Shown: positions 19,718 to 30,699 of the stretch, piece by piece
Layout: every line of letters starts with the position of its first letter
Position numbering within the stretch: position 1 is the stretch's first letter
Translations under genes and position numbers: made by a program
Origin: a bacterium
GTDB taxonomy: Bacteria > Zhuqueibacterota > Zhuqueibacteria > Residuimicrobiales > Krinioviventaceae
NCBI GenBank assembly: GCA_963693055.1
Contig: OY843751.1
Location: 6,016,001 to 6,080,000 of the forward strand
Direction of reading: 5' to 3'
DNA length: 64,000 bases
Notes under the pieces: generated by a model
The model's input: the letters and a program-made list of their open reading frames with translations, nothing else
Database searches by the model: none
What the model was told of the DNA's origin: nothing

Positions 19718-21598
19718 CTATGCTTTTTTCCATTTACTTAGGTAAACCATGAGAATTGAAATATCAGATGGTGAAACACCCAATATTCTGGAAGCTTGTC
19801 CCAATGTTTTGGGTTGTATACGTGCTAATTTTTCTCTTCCTTCTGTAGAGATGGATAAAATTGAAATATAGTCAAGACCTTCAGGTATTTTCATTTCCTC
19901 AAGGTTTTTCATTTTTTCTATCTGATTTTTTTGTCTATCCAGAAAACCTTCATATTTTGTTTCTATCTCAACCTGTTCCTGGACTTTTAGCCAGAATTTA
20001 TCAGCTTTATTTGAAAAAACCGGGTGTGAATGAATATCGACAAAATCTATAATTGATATTTCGGGTCTCTTTAAAAGACGTTCAAAAGTCTCAACTTCTT
20101 TTATTAATGAAGATCCTTTTCTTCCTAAAACTTTATTTGCATCTTCAATAGATGGGCGTTGCTTAAGTAATGTCATAGATTCTATGATTTTTTCTTTTCT
20201 TTTCAATAGATCAGAATGTGTTTCAGAATCAATCATACCAAATTTAAATCCATATTCCATTAAGCGGATATCTGCATTATCCTGTCTTAATAAAAGTCTA
20301 TATTCAGCTCTTGAAGTAAACATCCGGTAGGGTTCTTCTAATTCTTTTGTTACCAGATCATCAACAAGAACTCCCATGTAAGCTTCTGATCTTTCCAGAA
20401 TAAAAGGTTCTTCATTTCTTATTTTTAGAACAGCGTTTATACCAGCTATCATACCCTGGGCTGCAGCTTCTTCATAACCTGATGTGCCATTAATTTGTCC
20501 GGCGAAAAACAGATTTTTAACAAGTTTAGTTTCCAATGTGGGTAATAGTTGAGTGGGTGGAAAATAATCATATTCAATAGCATACCCTAAACGTGTTATG
20601 ATTGCGTTTTCCATACCAGGAATTGATTGTACACCTTTTATTTGAACATCCTCAGGAAGACTGGTTGCAAAACCATTTAAATAATATTCTGTTGTATTCC
20701 TGCCTTCAGGTTCAAGAAATATCTGATGATTAGGTTTATCGCTAAAACGATGAATTTTATCTTCAATAGACGGACAATATCTGGGACCTATTCCCTGTAT
20801 CACTCCTGTAAATAAGGGTGATCTGTCAAGTCCGGAACGTAGAATATCATGTGTTTTTTGTGTGGTTCTGGTTAAATAACAAGGGATTTGCTGTGTCTCG
20901 ATTTTATCATGTTTATGAGAAAAAGGAACAGGTATTGGGTCACCATCTTGAATTTCCATCATATTAAAATCTACGGTACGTCCATCAATTCTGGGAGGGG
21001 TACCGGTTTTCAATCTACCAATAGTAAATCCTAAATCTCTGAATTGTTGACTTAGATGATTGGAAGCAAGTTCGCCAGAACGGCCACCAGGGTAATGCGT
21101 AAGACCAATATGGATTAATCCTTTTAAGAAAGTACCGGAACAGAGAATGACAGATTTTGAATATATTTTTGTTCCTATATCTGTTACAATACCTTTAATC
21201 TCATTTTTTTCAACTATTAATCCCTGAACATCATGCTGTCTGAGAAAGAGATTGGGTTCTTTTTCCAAAGCTGCTTTCATAAACATTGTATATTCAAGGC
21301 GGTCATTCTGAGATCTAAGTGACCAAACTGCCGGACCTTTTGATTTGTTCAGTACTTTGAACTGTATTCCTGAATCGTCAGAAATTACACCTATCTCCCC
21401 ACCCATTACATCAATTTCTCTTACAAGGTGTCCCTTTGCTAATCCGCCAATAGCAGGATTACAAGACATTTGGGCTACTGTAAACAAATTCATTGTAATG
21501 AGTAATGTTTTAGAACCCATTCTTGCAGCAGCTAAAGCAGCTTCGCAACCAGCATGACCTGCGCCTATTACTAAAACATCAAAATTATCAGTATTCAT
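19718..21598 (-). CDS. mnmG: tRNA uridine modification enzyme MnmG (GidA)
   Basis: GAGHAGCEAA, MSCNPAIGG, GPRYCPSIEDK, GQINGTSGYEEAAAQG, YRMFTSRAEYRL. Confidence 0.98.
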   Translation of the reverse strand: MNTDNFDVLVIGAGHAGCEAALAAARMGSKTLLITMNLFTVAQMSCNPAIGGLAKGHLVREIDVMGGEIGVISDDSGIQFKVLNKSKGPAVWSLRSQNDRLEYTMFMKAALEKEPNLFLRQHDVQGLIVEKNEIKGIVTDIGTKIYSKSVILCSGTFLKGLIHIGLTHYPGGRSGELASNHLSQQFRDLGFTIGRLKTGTPPRIDGRTVDFNMMEIQDGDPIPVPFSHKHDKIETQQIPCYLTRTTQKTHDILRSGLDRSPLFTGVIQGIGPRYCPSIEDKIHRFSDKPNHQIFLEPEGRNTTEYYLNGFATSLPEDVQIKGVQSIPGMENAIITRLGYAIEYDYFPPTQLLPTLETKLVKNLFFAGQINGTSGYEEAAAQGMIAGINAVLKIRNEEPFILERSEAYMGVLVDDLVTKELEEPYRMFTSRAEYRLLLRQDNADIRLMEYGFKFGMIDSETHSDLLKRKEKIIESMTLLKQRPSIEDANKVLGRKGSSLIKEVETFERLLKRPEISIIDFVDIHSHPVFSNKADKFWLKVQEQVEIETKYEGFLDRQKNQIEKMKNLEEMKIPEGLDYISILSISTEGREKLARIQPKTLGQASRILGVSPSDISILMVYLSKWKKA

Positions 21599-21622
21599 CT
21601 TTTCTATTTCAATATATTAGAG

Positions 21623-22987
21623 TTATTTTCCAATACAAAATTTACCAAAGATATCATTTAAAATATCATCTGTTGTAACCGTTCCTGTGATTTCTCCTAT
21701 TTGATCAAGAGCAGCTCGAAGATCAAGTGCAATAAATTCAGGAGACAAATTTTGCTCCATTGATTGAATTGCATGATCTAGAAAAGATGCTGCTTTAACC
21801 AATGCATCTCTATGACGAACTTTGGTAATAATATTAGGTGTTTCAGGAATTTCATTTTTAGAAATAAAATTCAAGAGTTGTTTTTCTATTTCTTGTATAC
21901 CTATTCCCTGTTTAACAGAGGTAAAAATAATGGGATGAGGTTCAAATTTATTTATAATACTATTTTTATTATAATCTTGTAGAGTATCAATTTTATTAAT
22001 AACAATTATATGGTATTTATCTTTATCAAACTTAACATCTTGAGGCATTTCAAGTTTATCATTAATATCAATCAAGTGTAAAAGAATATCTGCTTGATCA
22101 ATTAACTTGTGGGTGCGTTTGACTCCCTCCTGTTCTACAACATCAGAAGATTGTCTTAAACCTGCAGTATCGGTTATTTTAAACAAGTAACCCTGAATAT
22201 TCAAAGACTCTTCAATTGAATCACGTGTAGTACCAGGAATATCGGATACAAGAGCTCGATCCTGATCTAATAACTTGTTTAATAAACTAGATTTACCAAC
22301 ATTTGGTTTTCCTGTTATTACTATATGAGCACCATCACGAATTATACGACCATAATTAAATGTTGAAATAAAGTTATTAATTATTGTAAATATATCTTTT
22401 AATTTTAAATATAATTCGTCTCTTTTGGCGAATTCTATATTTTCATCTGAAAAATCAAGCTCAAGTTCTAAAAGAGCTGTATTTTCTTTCAAAGTGTCTG
22501 CAATATAATTAAATTTTTCAGACAATTGACCAGTAAGTTCATTCATAGAAGATTCAAGTGCAGACTGGGTCTGTGCATGTATAACATCAATAATTGATTC
22601 AGCCTGAACAAGATCTATTTTTCCATTTAAAAAAGCTCGTGTAGAAAATTCACCTGGTTCTGCAAGTCTAGCTCCATGATCCAGTATTTTTTGTAATAAA
22701 GATTGAACAACCAAAGGTCCACCATGACAGCTAATTTCTACCAGATCTTCACCAGTAAAGGAATTAGGCCCCTTGAATAAAGTCACAACAACCTGATCTA
22801 GTATACTATTATTATCTTGAATTATCGAACCGAATGTAGCTCTTGCATGTGATAATTTATTATTATTTGAAACAAAGATTTTATCAACCAGATCTAAACT
22901 GTGATTACCATTTATTCTAACTATTGCTATTGCACCGGTTCCACGAGGGGTTGAAATTGCCGCTATGGTATCTTTATATGTTTTCAT
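21623..22987 (-). CDS. mnmE: tRNA modification GTPase MnmE (TrmE)
   Basis: MKTYKDTIAAISTP start at 22987; FTGEDLVEISCHGG, GKPNVGKSS, GTTRD, DTAG, NKID, C-terminal FCIGK. Confidence 0.97.
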   Translation of the reverse strand: MKTYKDTIAAISTPRGTGAIAIVRINGNHSLDLVDKIFVSNNNKLSHARATFGSIIQDNNSILDQVVVTLFKGPNSFTGEDLVEISCHGGPLVVQSLLQKILDHGARLAEPGEFSTRAFLNGKIDLVQAESIIDVIHAQTQSALESSMNELTGQLSEKFNYIADTLKENTALLELELDFSDENIEFAKRDELYLKLKDIFTIINNFISTFNYGRIIRDGAHIVITGKPNVGKSSLLNKLLDQDRALVSDIPGTTRDSIEESLNIQGYLFKITDTAGLRQSSDVVEQEGVKRTHKLIDQADILLHLIDINDKLEMPQDVKFDKDKYHIIVINKIDTLQDYNKNSIINKFEPHPIIFTSVKQGIGIQEIEKQLLNFISKNEIPETPNIITKVRHRDALVKAASFLDHAIQSMEQNLSPEFIALDLRAALDQIGEITGTVTTDDILNDIFGKFCIGK

Positions 22988-23003
22988 AGATGCTCTAAAA
23001 GTA

Positions 23004-23029
23004 AAGCCCTGCTTTTTAAGGCAGGGCTT
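23004..23029 (-). terminator. Hairpin between yidC and mnmE
   Basis: AAGCCCTGC-8 nt-GCAGGGCTT just after the yidC stop. Confidence 0.55.
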
Positions 23030-23034
23030 GGTAA

Positions 23035-24816
23035 TTAAATCTTTTTCTTTTTGGTTGTGGTTACAACAGCCTCTGCAGCCATCTTTCTGGGTACCAACCA
23101 CTTTTGTTGTATTATAGATAAAATATTAAACAATGCATAATATAAATTCAATCCCGAGGGGAATTGATTAAATAACAATGTCAGAAATATAGGCATGAAA
23201 TATACCATCATTTTTTGTTTAGGATCTGTGATAGTCATTTTTTGCTGAATTAACATTGTTGCACCCATAAATATTGGGAGAATATTAACAGAATCACCAT
23301 ACATGGGTATCATGAATGGCAAAGTAGCAATAGTATCAGGATTAGCAAGATCTTTAATCCACCAAATAAAGCCCTCTCCTCTTAATTCAATTGTGGTTCT
23401 AAAAACAATAAATAATCCCCATAATAGAGGCATTTGTAACAACATGGGTAAACAACCACCTAAAGGATTAACTTTTTCCTCTTTATAAAGATTCATGGTT
23501 GCTGCATTTAATTTTTGAGGATCGTTTTGATATTTTTCTTTCAACTCTGTAAGTTTGGGCTGTAATGCCTGCATTTTTTGCATTGACTCATAACTTTTAT
23601 GAGTTAAAGGATATACAATAATCTTGATAAGTATAGAGAATAGAATCAGTACAAATCCATAATTAGGAATAATAGTGTGAAGCTTTTTAAAACTCCATAA
23701 AATAGCAATACTAAAAGGTTGAATGATCTTGGCACCAAAATCCATAAATTTTTCTAAATGAATATTATAAGATTTTAAAATATCATTATCTAGAGGACCA
23801 AGATAAATTTTATAAGTATCTACAGTGTTTGTTTGGTTAAAGAACGGCATTACAAGAGAAACAGAAAACTTTTTCCATTTAGCTTTTGTTTTAGAATTTG
23901 GAACAGGTATTTCCTGACCGGAAATCAGTGCAGCTTCCCCTTTAACACTTTCAGGAATGATTGTAAAAGTGAAATATTTTGTTCTTACACCTAACCAATC
24001 AATTGCTGCAGATTCCTTATTCACTTTATCATTTGGTTTAAATTTTTTATTAACCTCACCGCCGGATGCATAACCAGCTTTAGCATATTGCATATCATCT
24101 TTTATACGTTCTTCCGTACTGGGCATACCATCCGGAGCTGTTAAAATATAAGCCTTACCGGCAATCATCTGGTCCATATTTACCATATGTACTTTGAGAT
24201 CCATATGATATGTATTATTATAAAATATATACTCTTTTATCAATTGTCTGGATTCACCAAAATCCAAAATAAATTTTACAGATTTTGATTCATTACCTGA
24301 TAAAGAAATAGATTTACTTCCTTCAATTCTGTAATTGATATGAGAAGTATTTAAGGTATCTCCTTCTTTGGTTGCAAAAAGAATTCCCAGGGTTTCATCT
24401 GCAAAATCAGGTAACAATTCAACATTTTCATCATTATGATTTTTAAAGGTCTTTAAAGACCAATGTGTTAAAACAGCACCTTTAGAAATTAACTGAGCAG
24501 AAAAATAGTCTGTTTCAACAGTTACTGTTTCTTCAGGGATGGTATCGTTTACAGAATAAATAGTAGGCAAAGGTTCTGTTTTTGCTTGTTCTAGATCAAT
24601 TTGAGTTTGTCTAATAATAATTTCAGTCGAATCCGGAGTAATAACAGTAGAATCAGGGACAATACCCATTTTTTGAGTTTGTCTTTGTTTCAACATTCTT
24701 TGTTTGGCTTCATACCCTTTTGGATTAAATGTTTTTTGATAAAAAGGAGTATTAACTAAAATCAGTACCATACCAATCAATAAAAATGCAAAAATTGTTT
24801 TTTTATCCATATTCAT
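23035..24816 (-). CDS. yidC: Membrane protein insertase YidC
   Basis: NYGFVLILFSILIK, SMQKMQALQPKL, NPLGGCLPMLLQMP, PSGLNLYY. Confidence 0.97.
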   Translation of the reverse strand: MNMDKKTIFAFLLIGMVLILVNTPFYQKTFNPKGYEAKQRMLKQRQTQKMGIVPDSTVITPDSTEIIIRQTQIDLEQAKTEPLPTIYSVNDTIPEETVTVETDYFSAQLISKGAVLTHWSLKTFKNHNDENVELLPDFADETLGILFATKEGDTLNTSHINYRIEGSKSISLSGNESKSVKFILDFGESRQLIKEYIFYNNTYHMDLKVHMVNMDQMIAGKAYILTAPDGMPSTEERIKDDMQYAKAGYASGGEVNKKFKPNDKVNKESAAIDWLGVRTKYFTFTIIPESVKGEAALISGQEIPVPNSKTKAKWKKFSVSLVMPFFNQTNTVDTYKIYLGPLDNDILKSYNIHLEKFMDFGAKIIQPFSIAILWSFKKLHTIIPNYGFVLILFSILIKIIVYPLTHKSYESMQKMQALQPKLTELKEKYQNDPQKLNAATMNLYKEEKVNPLGGCLPMLLQMPLLWGLFIVFRTTIELRGEGFIWWIKDLANPDTIATLPFMIPMYGDSVNILPIFMGATMLIQQKMTITDPKQKMMVYFMPIFLTLLFNQFPSGLNLYYALFNILSIIQQKWLVPRKMAAEAVVTTTKKKKI

Positions 24817-24845
24817 GAAAAAACTCGTGTCTTTTATATTATATA

Positions 24846-25076
24846 TTATGCCGGATCGTGTCCGCCCGGATTAAATGGATTACACCTTAAAATTCTCCAA
24901 ATGGATTTAATTAATCCTTTGAAAAAGCCATACTTTTCAAATGCTTGAATTGAATACGTTGAACAGGATGGATAGAATCTACAAGTATTAGGAAAAAGAG
25001 GTGATATAGCAATTTTATAAAAACGAATTAATAAAACTGATAACTTTACTATAATTGTGTTGATTGTTTTTAACAT
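24846..25076 (-). CDS. yidD: Membrane protein insertion efficiency factor YidD
   Basis: [31 protein letters not shown]. Confidence 0.95.
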   Translation of the reverse strand: MLKTINTIIVKLSVLLIRFYKIAISPLFPNTCRFYPSCSTYSIQAFEKYGFFKGLIKSIWRILRCNPFNPGGHDPA

Positions 25077-25450
25077 GTTTTAATGTTGTTTTTTTCACAA
25101 TTCAAACTAGATGAATTTTGTTGGATTTTATTTAACAAGATTTTGAAATCATTTTCAAGAATATTATTTTCTATTCCAGAAACAGATAATTTAGTTACAA
25201 GTACCATATCAAAACTAAAATTAAATTCTTTATAGTTTAATCTCCACAATTCACGGGTAATACGTTTTAACCGATTTCTATGTGGTTTATTCTTGTATCC
25301 TCTTTGAGCAGCAAATCCAACATGTAAAGATTCAGATGGAACGAGATAAGCCATAAAAAATTGTGAAGAAAATTTGTCTCCCTTTTTAAACACTTTATTA
25401 AAGGATTTATTCTTTTTTAATATAATCTTTTTCGGGAGACTTTTCTTCAC
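25070..25450 (-). CDS. rnpA: Ribonuclease P protein component
   Basis: F..VFKKG and RNRLKR..RE motifs; between rpmH and yidD. Confidence 0.9.
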   Translation of the reverse strand: MKKSLPKKIILKKNKSFNKVFKKGDKFSSQFFMAYLVPSESLHVGFAAQRGYKNKPHRNRLKRITRELWRLNYKEFNFSFDMVLVTKLSVSGIENNILENDFKILLNKIQQNSSSLNCEKNNIKTC

Positions 25451-25464
25451 AAAATTTATTACGA

Positions 25465-25608
25465 CTATTCATCACTAACGGTTAAACGTTTTCTGCCTTT
25501 GGCTCTTCTTCTCTTCAATACCAGGCGTCCGTTTTTACTGCTCATTCTTTCCCGAAAACCATGTTTGTTAGCACGTTTTCTACGGCTCGGTTGATAAGTG
25601 CGTTTCAT
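25465..25608 (-). CDS. rpmH: 50S ribosomal protein L34
   Basis: Manual translation [47 protein letters not shown]; too short for the ORF track. Confidence 0.97.
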   Translation of the reverse strand: MKRTYQPSRRKRANKHGFRERMSSKNGRLVLKRRRAKGRKRLTVSDE

Positions 25609-25703
25609 TAAGACTTCTCCAATTTAAGGTTCTAAATTAAAACTCATATAATTAATGATTTTTTGGGTAAAATGCAAGTCTTTTTATTGAAAATAAAATA
25701 ATC

Positions 25704-25743
25704 AAAAAAAAAACCGGCTTATTTTAAAATAAGCCGGTTTTTT
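25704..25743 (-). terminator. Intrinsic terminator after the DHOD-like gene
   Basis: Perfect 36-bp palindrome AAAAAACCGGCTTATTTT/AAAATAAGCCGGTTTTTT (25708-25743), with a T10 run on the minus strand. Confidence 0.8.
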
Positions 25744-25765
25744 AAAAACATATATGAATTATGAA

Positions 25766-26770
25766 TTAACGAACGTATTCGTTTTTGAATTCATTCAAAG
25801 CTTTCATATAATTTGCTCTTTCAAAAGCACCAGGATCAGCAACAGCTTTTTGGCTCATACTTCCACGAAGAATATCAAGAGAAGCATATTCTTTTTCTTC
25901 GAGCCATTTTTCCATATTAGTTAATATTGTTCCTAAATAAGAAGGACCATTAACCAATAATGATGCACACATTTGAGTAACATCTGCACCTGCTGCGATC
26001 AATTTTAAAGCATCCATAGCAGTATGAACACCGGTTGTTCCTGCGAGAGAAATATCCATTTTATCTCTTAAAATAGCAATCCATCTCAATGGTACTCTAA
26101 GATCGTTTGATGAAGAAAGTACAACACCAGGTTTTACTTCAAGTTCATCAAGATCCAGATCTGGTTGATAAAAACGATTAAACATAATCAAAGCATCTGC
26201 ACCATTGTCTTGTAATTCAAGAGCAGTTCTTGGAATAGAACTGAAATTTGAACCTATTTTAACAGCAACAGGAATATTAACATTTGCTTTAACAGCTTTT
26301 AAAATAATATTGTATTGATTTTCAATCTGACGACATTCCATTCCGGAGTCGGTTGCTAAAAAGTAAATATTTAATTCAAGAGCATCTGCACCTGCATCTT
26401 GCATTTTTTTAGCATAGTCAATCCAACCACCTGTTGATACACCATTTAAACTGGCAATTACAGGAATATTGGTTGATTTTTTTACAGCCTGAATATGTTC
26501 CAGATATTCTTCAGGACCTCTGTAATAATCATCAGATTCAGGAAAATAAGATAAAGCTTCAGCAAAACTGTGAGTTCCTCTTGTCAAAAAGTAATCCATT
26601 TCACTTGCTTCAAAATTGATCTGTTCTTCAAATAAAGAGTATAAAACAATTGCAGATGCACCCGCATCTTCAAGTTTCTTTATGTTATCCAAATCTTTTG
26701 ATAGCGGAGAAGCAGATGGTACAAGAGGATTTTTTAAAGTTAATCCCATATATTTGGTTGTTAAATCCAT
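25766..26770 (-). CDS. Dihydroorotate dehydrogenase-like flavoprotein (nifJ-associated type)
   Basis: LKNPLVPSASPL, SLFEEQI, PVIASLNG, ALELN, FNRFYQPD, LRWIAIL, FERANYMK. Confidence 0.88.
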   Translation of the reverse strand: MDLTTKYMGLTLKNPLVPSASPLSKDLDNIKKLEDAGASAIVLYSLFEEQINFEASEMDYFLTRGTHSFAEALSYFPESDDYYRGPEEYLEHIQAVKKSTNIPVIASLNGVSTGGWIDYAKKMQDAGADALELNIYFLATDSGMECRQIENQYNIILKAVKANVNIPVAVKIGSNFSSIPRTALELQDNGADALIMFNRFYQPDLDLDELEVKPGVVLSSSNDLRVPLRWIAILRDKMDISLAGTTGVHTAMDALKLIAAGADVTQMCASLLVNGPSYLGTILTNMEKWLEEKEYASLDILRGSMSQKAVADPGAFERANYMKALNEFKNEYVR

Positions 26771-26807
26771 ATTTCGCTATCCTTTCGAAATTTCGTGTTT
26801 AAAGATA

Positions 26808-26832
26808 ATTGCAGCGCTTGATGCGCTGCAAT
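26808..26832 (-). other. Intercistronic hairpin between nifJ and the DHOD-like gene
   Basis: ATTGCAGCGC-TTGAT-GCGCTGCAAT, weak U-tract. Confidence 0.5.
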
Positions 26833-26845
26833 CTAAACAATTCAA

Positions 26846-29800
26846 TTATTCTTCATTACCGTTACTATAATCCATTGCTGCCCATTCCTGGTAAATTTTA
26901 ATGCGTTTGGTAATATCTTCCTGTGCAAGACCCAACAGCATTTTTGCGCGTTCAGGTTGTGATTTGGTCAGCATCTTGAAACGATTTTCACGGTAAGCAA
27001 AATCTTCAAAAGTAATTTTCGGAGGTTTAGAATCCAATGTTAATGGATTTTTTCCTTCAGCAGCGTTTTCTGGATTGAAACGGAATAATTGATAATGACC
27101 GCTTTCAACCGCAGCTTTTTGCTCTTCCATACCTTTTGCCATATTTATACCATGAGCAATACAGTGAGAATATGCAAAAATGATACTAGGACCATCATAT
27201 GCATCAGCTTCCATCATTGCTTTAACAACCTGGAGATCATTATAACCCATTGCAACGCGTGCAACATAAATATTTCCATAAGTCATAAAAATCATACCGG
27301 CATCTTTTTTCGGTAATGGTTTACCAGCTGCTGCAAATTTTGCTACTGCTCCAAGAGGAGTTGATTTTGACATCTGGCCACCAGTATTTGAGTAAACTTC
27401 GGTATCCATAACCAAGATATTAATATTACGTCCGGAAGCCAGTACATGGTCTAAACCGCCATAACCAATATCATAGGCCCATCCGTCACCACCTAAAATC
27501 CAAACACTCTTTTTAACCAGTTTATCTGCAAGTGAAAGCAAGTGTTTAGCTTCCTGTGAAGAATTACCAGCCAGTTTATCTTTTAGTGTTTTTACACGTT
27601 CGCGTTGATCATGAATTCCGGCTTCATCAGATTGGTCAGCTTCTAATATTTCTTTTACTAATGTATCACCAATTTCTGAAGAAAGCGTTTGAACCAATTC
27701 ACGTGCAAATTCATTTTGTTTATCAAGAGTCATTCTGAAACCCATACCAAATTCGGCATTATCTTCAAATAATGAATTTGACCATGCGGGTCCGCGACCA
27801 TTTTGATCCTTGGTATAGGGGAAGGTTGGCAAGTTACCACCATAAATAGAAGAACAACCGGTAGCATTTGCAATAACACTGCGATCACCAAATAATTGTG
27901 AAAGCAGTTTTACATATGGAGTTTCACCACAGCCAGCACAGGCACCTGAATATTCAAATAATGGACGAAGTAATTGTGAACCTTTAACAGTTCCAACTTT
28001 GATTTCTCTTCTATCCGGTTCCGGAAGATCGAGGAAGAATTTATAATTATCACGTTCTGCTTCTCGAATAGGTGGTTGTGGAACCATGTTGATTGCTTTT
28101 TTACCAACTTCTTTTTTATTCTTAGCAGGACAAACTTCAACACAAAGCGTACAACCGGTACAATCTTCAGGAGCAACCTGGAGTGTAAATACCCAGTCTT
28201 CAGGAAAATCTTTACCACGTGCTTTTACAGATTTGAATGTTTCCGGAGCACCAGACAAGTTTTTAGGATCATAAACTTTGGGTCTAATTGCTGCATGAGG
28301 ACAAACCATAGCACATTTATTACATTGTATACATGTTTCCGGATCCCATTCCGGAATATCAAGTGCAATATTGCGTTTATCAAATTGAGTAGTGCCACTT
28401 TCAAAAGTACCATCTACAGGGAAAGCACTTGTTGGAACATCATCACCTTTATTAACAATAATTTTAGAAACAACATTTTTTACAAATTCAGGTGCATCAT
28501 CAGGAATCAGTTGTGGCATATCTTTATCGCTTGTTACTGAATCCGGAATTTTTACTTCATGCAGATGAGCAAGGGTTTCATCAACCGCTTTATAGTTCAT
28601 CTGAACAATTTGATCACCTTTTTTGCTATATGTTTTTTTAATAGCTCCCTTGATGTATTCAATAGCTTCGTCTTTTGGAAGAACGCCTGAAATTGCAAAG
28701 AAACAGGTCTGCATAATAGTATTGATTCTTACGCCCATACCGGTTTTTTTAGCTACATCATATGCGTCAATTACATATAATTTCATTTTTTTATCAATAA
28801 TTGTCTTCTGAATGGGTTTAGCAAGGGTATTCCAAACTTCTTCAGGGCTAGCCAAAGAGTTTAACAAGAATGTTGCACCATCGGCCGCTTTTTCAACAAC
28901 ATTGAATTTTTCAATAAAAAATTGTTGATGGCAAGCTACAAAATTAGCTTGATTAATTAAATAAGTAGAATGAATTTCTTTGGGACCAAATCTAAGGTGA
29001 GATACGGTAACTGAACCGGCTTTTTTAGAATCATATACAAAATAGCCCTGTGCAAAATTTTCAGTTTCTTCACCAATAATTTTAATAGAGTTTTTATTTG
29101 CGCCAACAGTACCATCTGAACCCAAACCATAGAAAATAGCTCTAACTACATCATCACTTTCAGTAGAGTAGTTTGGATCGTAATCGAGACTTGAATGAGT
29201 TAAATCTTCATTAATACCAACAGTAAAATGGTTTTTAGGTTTATCTTGCGCCAAATTATCGAAAATACCTTTAACCATTGCAGGAGTAAATTCTTTTGAA
29301 GAAAGACCATAACGGCCTCCTATAACCTTAGGTAAAGCAAAAGGTAATTTACCATCCTGGTTCATTTCACCAAGCACTGTAAGTACATCATTATAAAGAG
29401 GTTCACCAGTTGAACCGGGTTCCTTTGTACGATCAAGAACACCCAGTGTTTTTACAGAAGCAGGAATTGCTTTAATAAAATGTTCAGCTGAGAAAGGACG
29501 ATACAATCTTACTTTGATCATACCCACTTTTTCACCTTGAGAATTCATATATTCAACAGCTTCCTGAGCTGCTTCTGCACCTGAACCCATAAGAATGATT
29601 ACGCGTTCTGCATTGGGATCTCCAACATAATCAAAAAGATTATATTGACGACCAACAATTTTTGCAAATTTATCCATTGCAGTTTGTACTTTTTCAGGAC
29701 AAACATCATAAAAAGGATTTACAGTTTCGCGAGCCTGAAAGAAAACATCCGGATTTTGTGCAGTACCACGAATTACAGGATTATCAGGAGTTAAACCACG

Positions 29801-30415
29801 TGAACGATGTTCCAATACTTTATCATCATCGATCATTGCTTTAATATCATCAACTGTTAATTGTTCAACTTTTTGAACTTCATGAGATGATCTAAAACCA
29901 TCAAAAAAGTGAATAAAAGGAACACGTGTATGGAGAGTTGCTGCCTGCGATATTAATGCAAAATCCATAATTTCCTGAATTGAATTAGAAGCCAGCAAAG
30001 CCCAACCAGTTGAGCGAGTGGCTAAAATATCACTATGATCACCAAAAATTGAAAGCGCATGAGTAGCAACTGTACGTGCTGAAACGTGAAATACGGTTGA
30101 TGTTAATTCACCGGCAATTTTGAACATATTCGGGATCATCAGCAGCAATCCCTGAGACGCAGTAAATGTAGTGGTTAAAGCACCAGTCTGCAATGCACCA
30201 TGAACAGCACCTGAAGCACCACCTTCACTCTGCATTTCTACAACCTGGGGGACAGTACCCCAGATGTTCTTTTGCCCGGCGGCTGAAAAAGCATCAGACC
30301 ATTCACCCATCGGAGAAGATGGAGTAATTGGATATATTGCTATAACTTCATTCACCTTATGGGCCACATAGGCGGCAGCTTCGTTACCGTCTAATGTTAC
30401 CATTTTTCTTGACAT
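26846..30415 (-). CDS. nifJ: Pyruvate:ferredoxin (flavodoxin) oxidoreductase, single-chain
   Basis: YPITPS, QSEGGASG, GLGSDGTVG, CIQCNKC..CP and CTGCTLC..CP ferredoxin motifs, GACAGCGE, GDGWAYDIG; start at 30415 preceded by GGAGG. Confidence 0.97.
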   Translation of the reverse strand: MSRKMVTLDGNEAAAYVAHKVNEVIAIYPITPSSPMGEWSDAFSAAGQKNIWGTVPQVVEMQSEGGASGAVHGALQTGALTTTFTASQGLLLMIPNMFKIAGELTSTVFHVSARTVATHALSIFGDHSDILATRSTGWALLASNSIQEIMDFALISQAATLHTRVPFIHFFDGFRSSHEVQKVEQLTVDDIKAMIDDDKVLEHRSRGLTPDNPVIRGTAQNPDVFFQARETVNPFYDVCPEKVQTAMDKFAKIVGRQYNLFDYVGDPNAERVIILMGSGAEAAQEAVEYMNSQGEKVGMIKVRLYRPFSAEHFIKAIPASVKTLGVLDRTKEPGSTGEPLYNDVLTVLGEMNQDGKLPFALPKVIGGRYGLSSKEFTPAMVKGIFDNLAQDKPKNHFTVGINEDLTHSSLDYDPNYSTESDDVVRAIFYGLGSDGTVGANKNSIKIIGEETENFAQGYFVYDSKKAGSVTVSHLRFGPKEIHSTYLINQANFVACHQQFFIEKFNVVEKAADGATFLLNSLASPEEVWNTLAKPIQKTIIDKKMKLYVIDAYDVAKKTGMGVRINTIMQTCFFAISGVLPKDEAIEYIKGAIKKTYSKKGDQIVQMNYKAVDETLAHLHEVKIPDSVTSDKDMPQLIPDDAPEFVKNVVSKIIVNKGDDVPTSAFPVDGTFESGTTQFDKRNIALDIPEWDPETCIQCNKCAMVCPHAAIRPKVYDPKNLSGAPETFKSVKARGKDFPEDWVFTLQVAPEDCTGCTLCVEVCPAKNKKEVGKKAINMVPQPPIREAERDNYKFFLDLPEPDRREIKVGTVKGSQLLRPLFEYSGACAGCGETPYVKLLSQLFGDRSVIANATGCSSIYGGNLPTFPYTKDQNGRGPAWSNSLFEDNAEFGMGFRMTLDKQNEFARELVQTLSSEIGDTLVKEILEADQSDEAGIHDQRERVKTLKDKLAGNSSQEAKHLLSLADKLVKKSVWILGGDGWAYDIGYGGLDHVLASGRNINILVMDTEVYSNTGGQMSKSTPLGAVAKFAAAGKPLPKKDAGMIFMTYGNIYVARVAMGYNDLQVVKAMMEADAYDGPSIIFAYSHCIAHGINMAKGMEEQKAAVESGHYQLFRFNPENAAEGKNPLTLDSKPPKITFEDFAYRENRFKMLTKSQPERAKMLLGLAQEDITKRIKIYQEWAAMDYSNGNEE

Positions 30416-30699
30416 TACTTCCTCCATAAGATCATGAGACAATTGAAAAATTATATAAAATTTAAATAATGGTACTAATTAAAAATATATCTGAGAGAGA
30501 TAGAGGCAATTAGTACGGGTCAAATTAAACAAAATTTACATCTTTTGCAAGGAATTTAAAAGGTGGCTGGCTTATATTACATGACGATAAATTTCTATAA
30601 ATTAACGAGTTAAAAAAAATATAAATTTTCTTTTTAAGGTTTATGTATCTTTTTACTTGACTTTTTGAAAAAATTTGCTAACTTGATGTCTGTCTTTGT

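Noticed and set aside
22988-23101. Cys-rich N-terminal extension of MnmE in the ORF track
   Set aside because: Overlaps the yidC 3' end and a hairpin; MnmE homology begins at MKTYKDTIAAIST (22987)
27089-29844. Several 60-154 aa ORFs overlapping nifJ
   Set aside because: Antisense or alternative-frame ORFs inside a well-conserved gene; the same applies to the short ORFs within mfd, the sulfatase, the FAD oxidoreductase and the transposases
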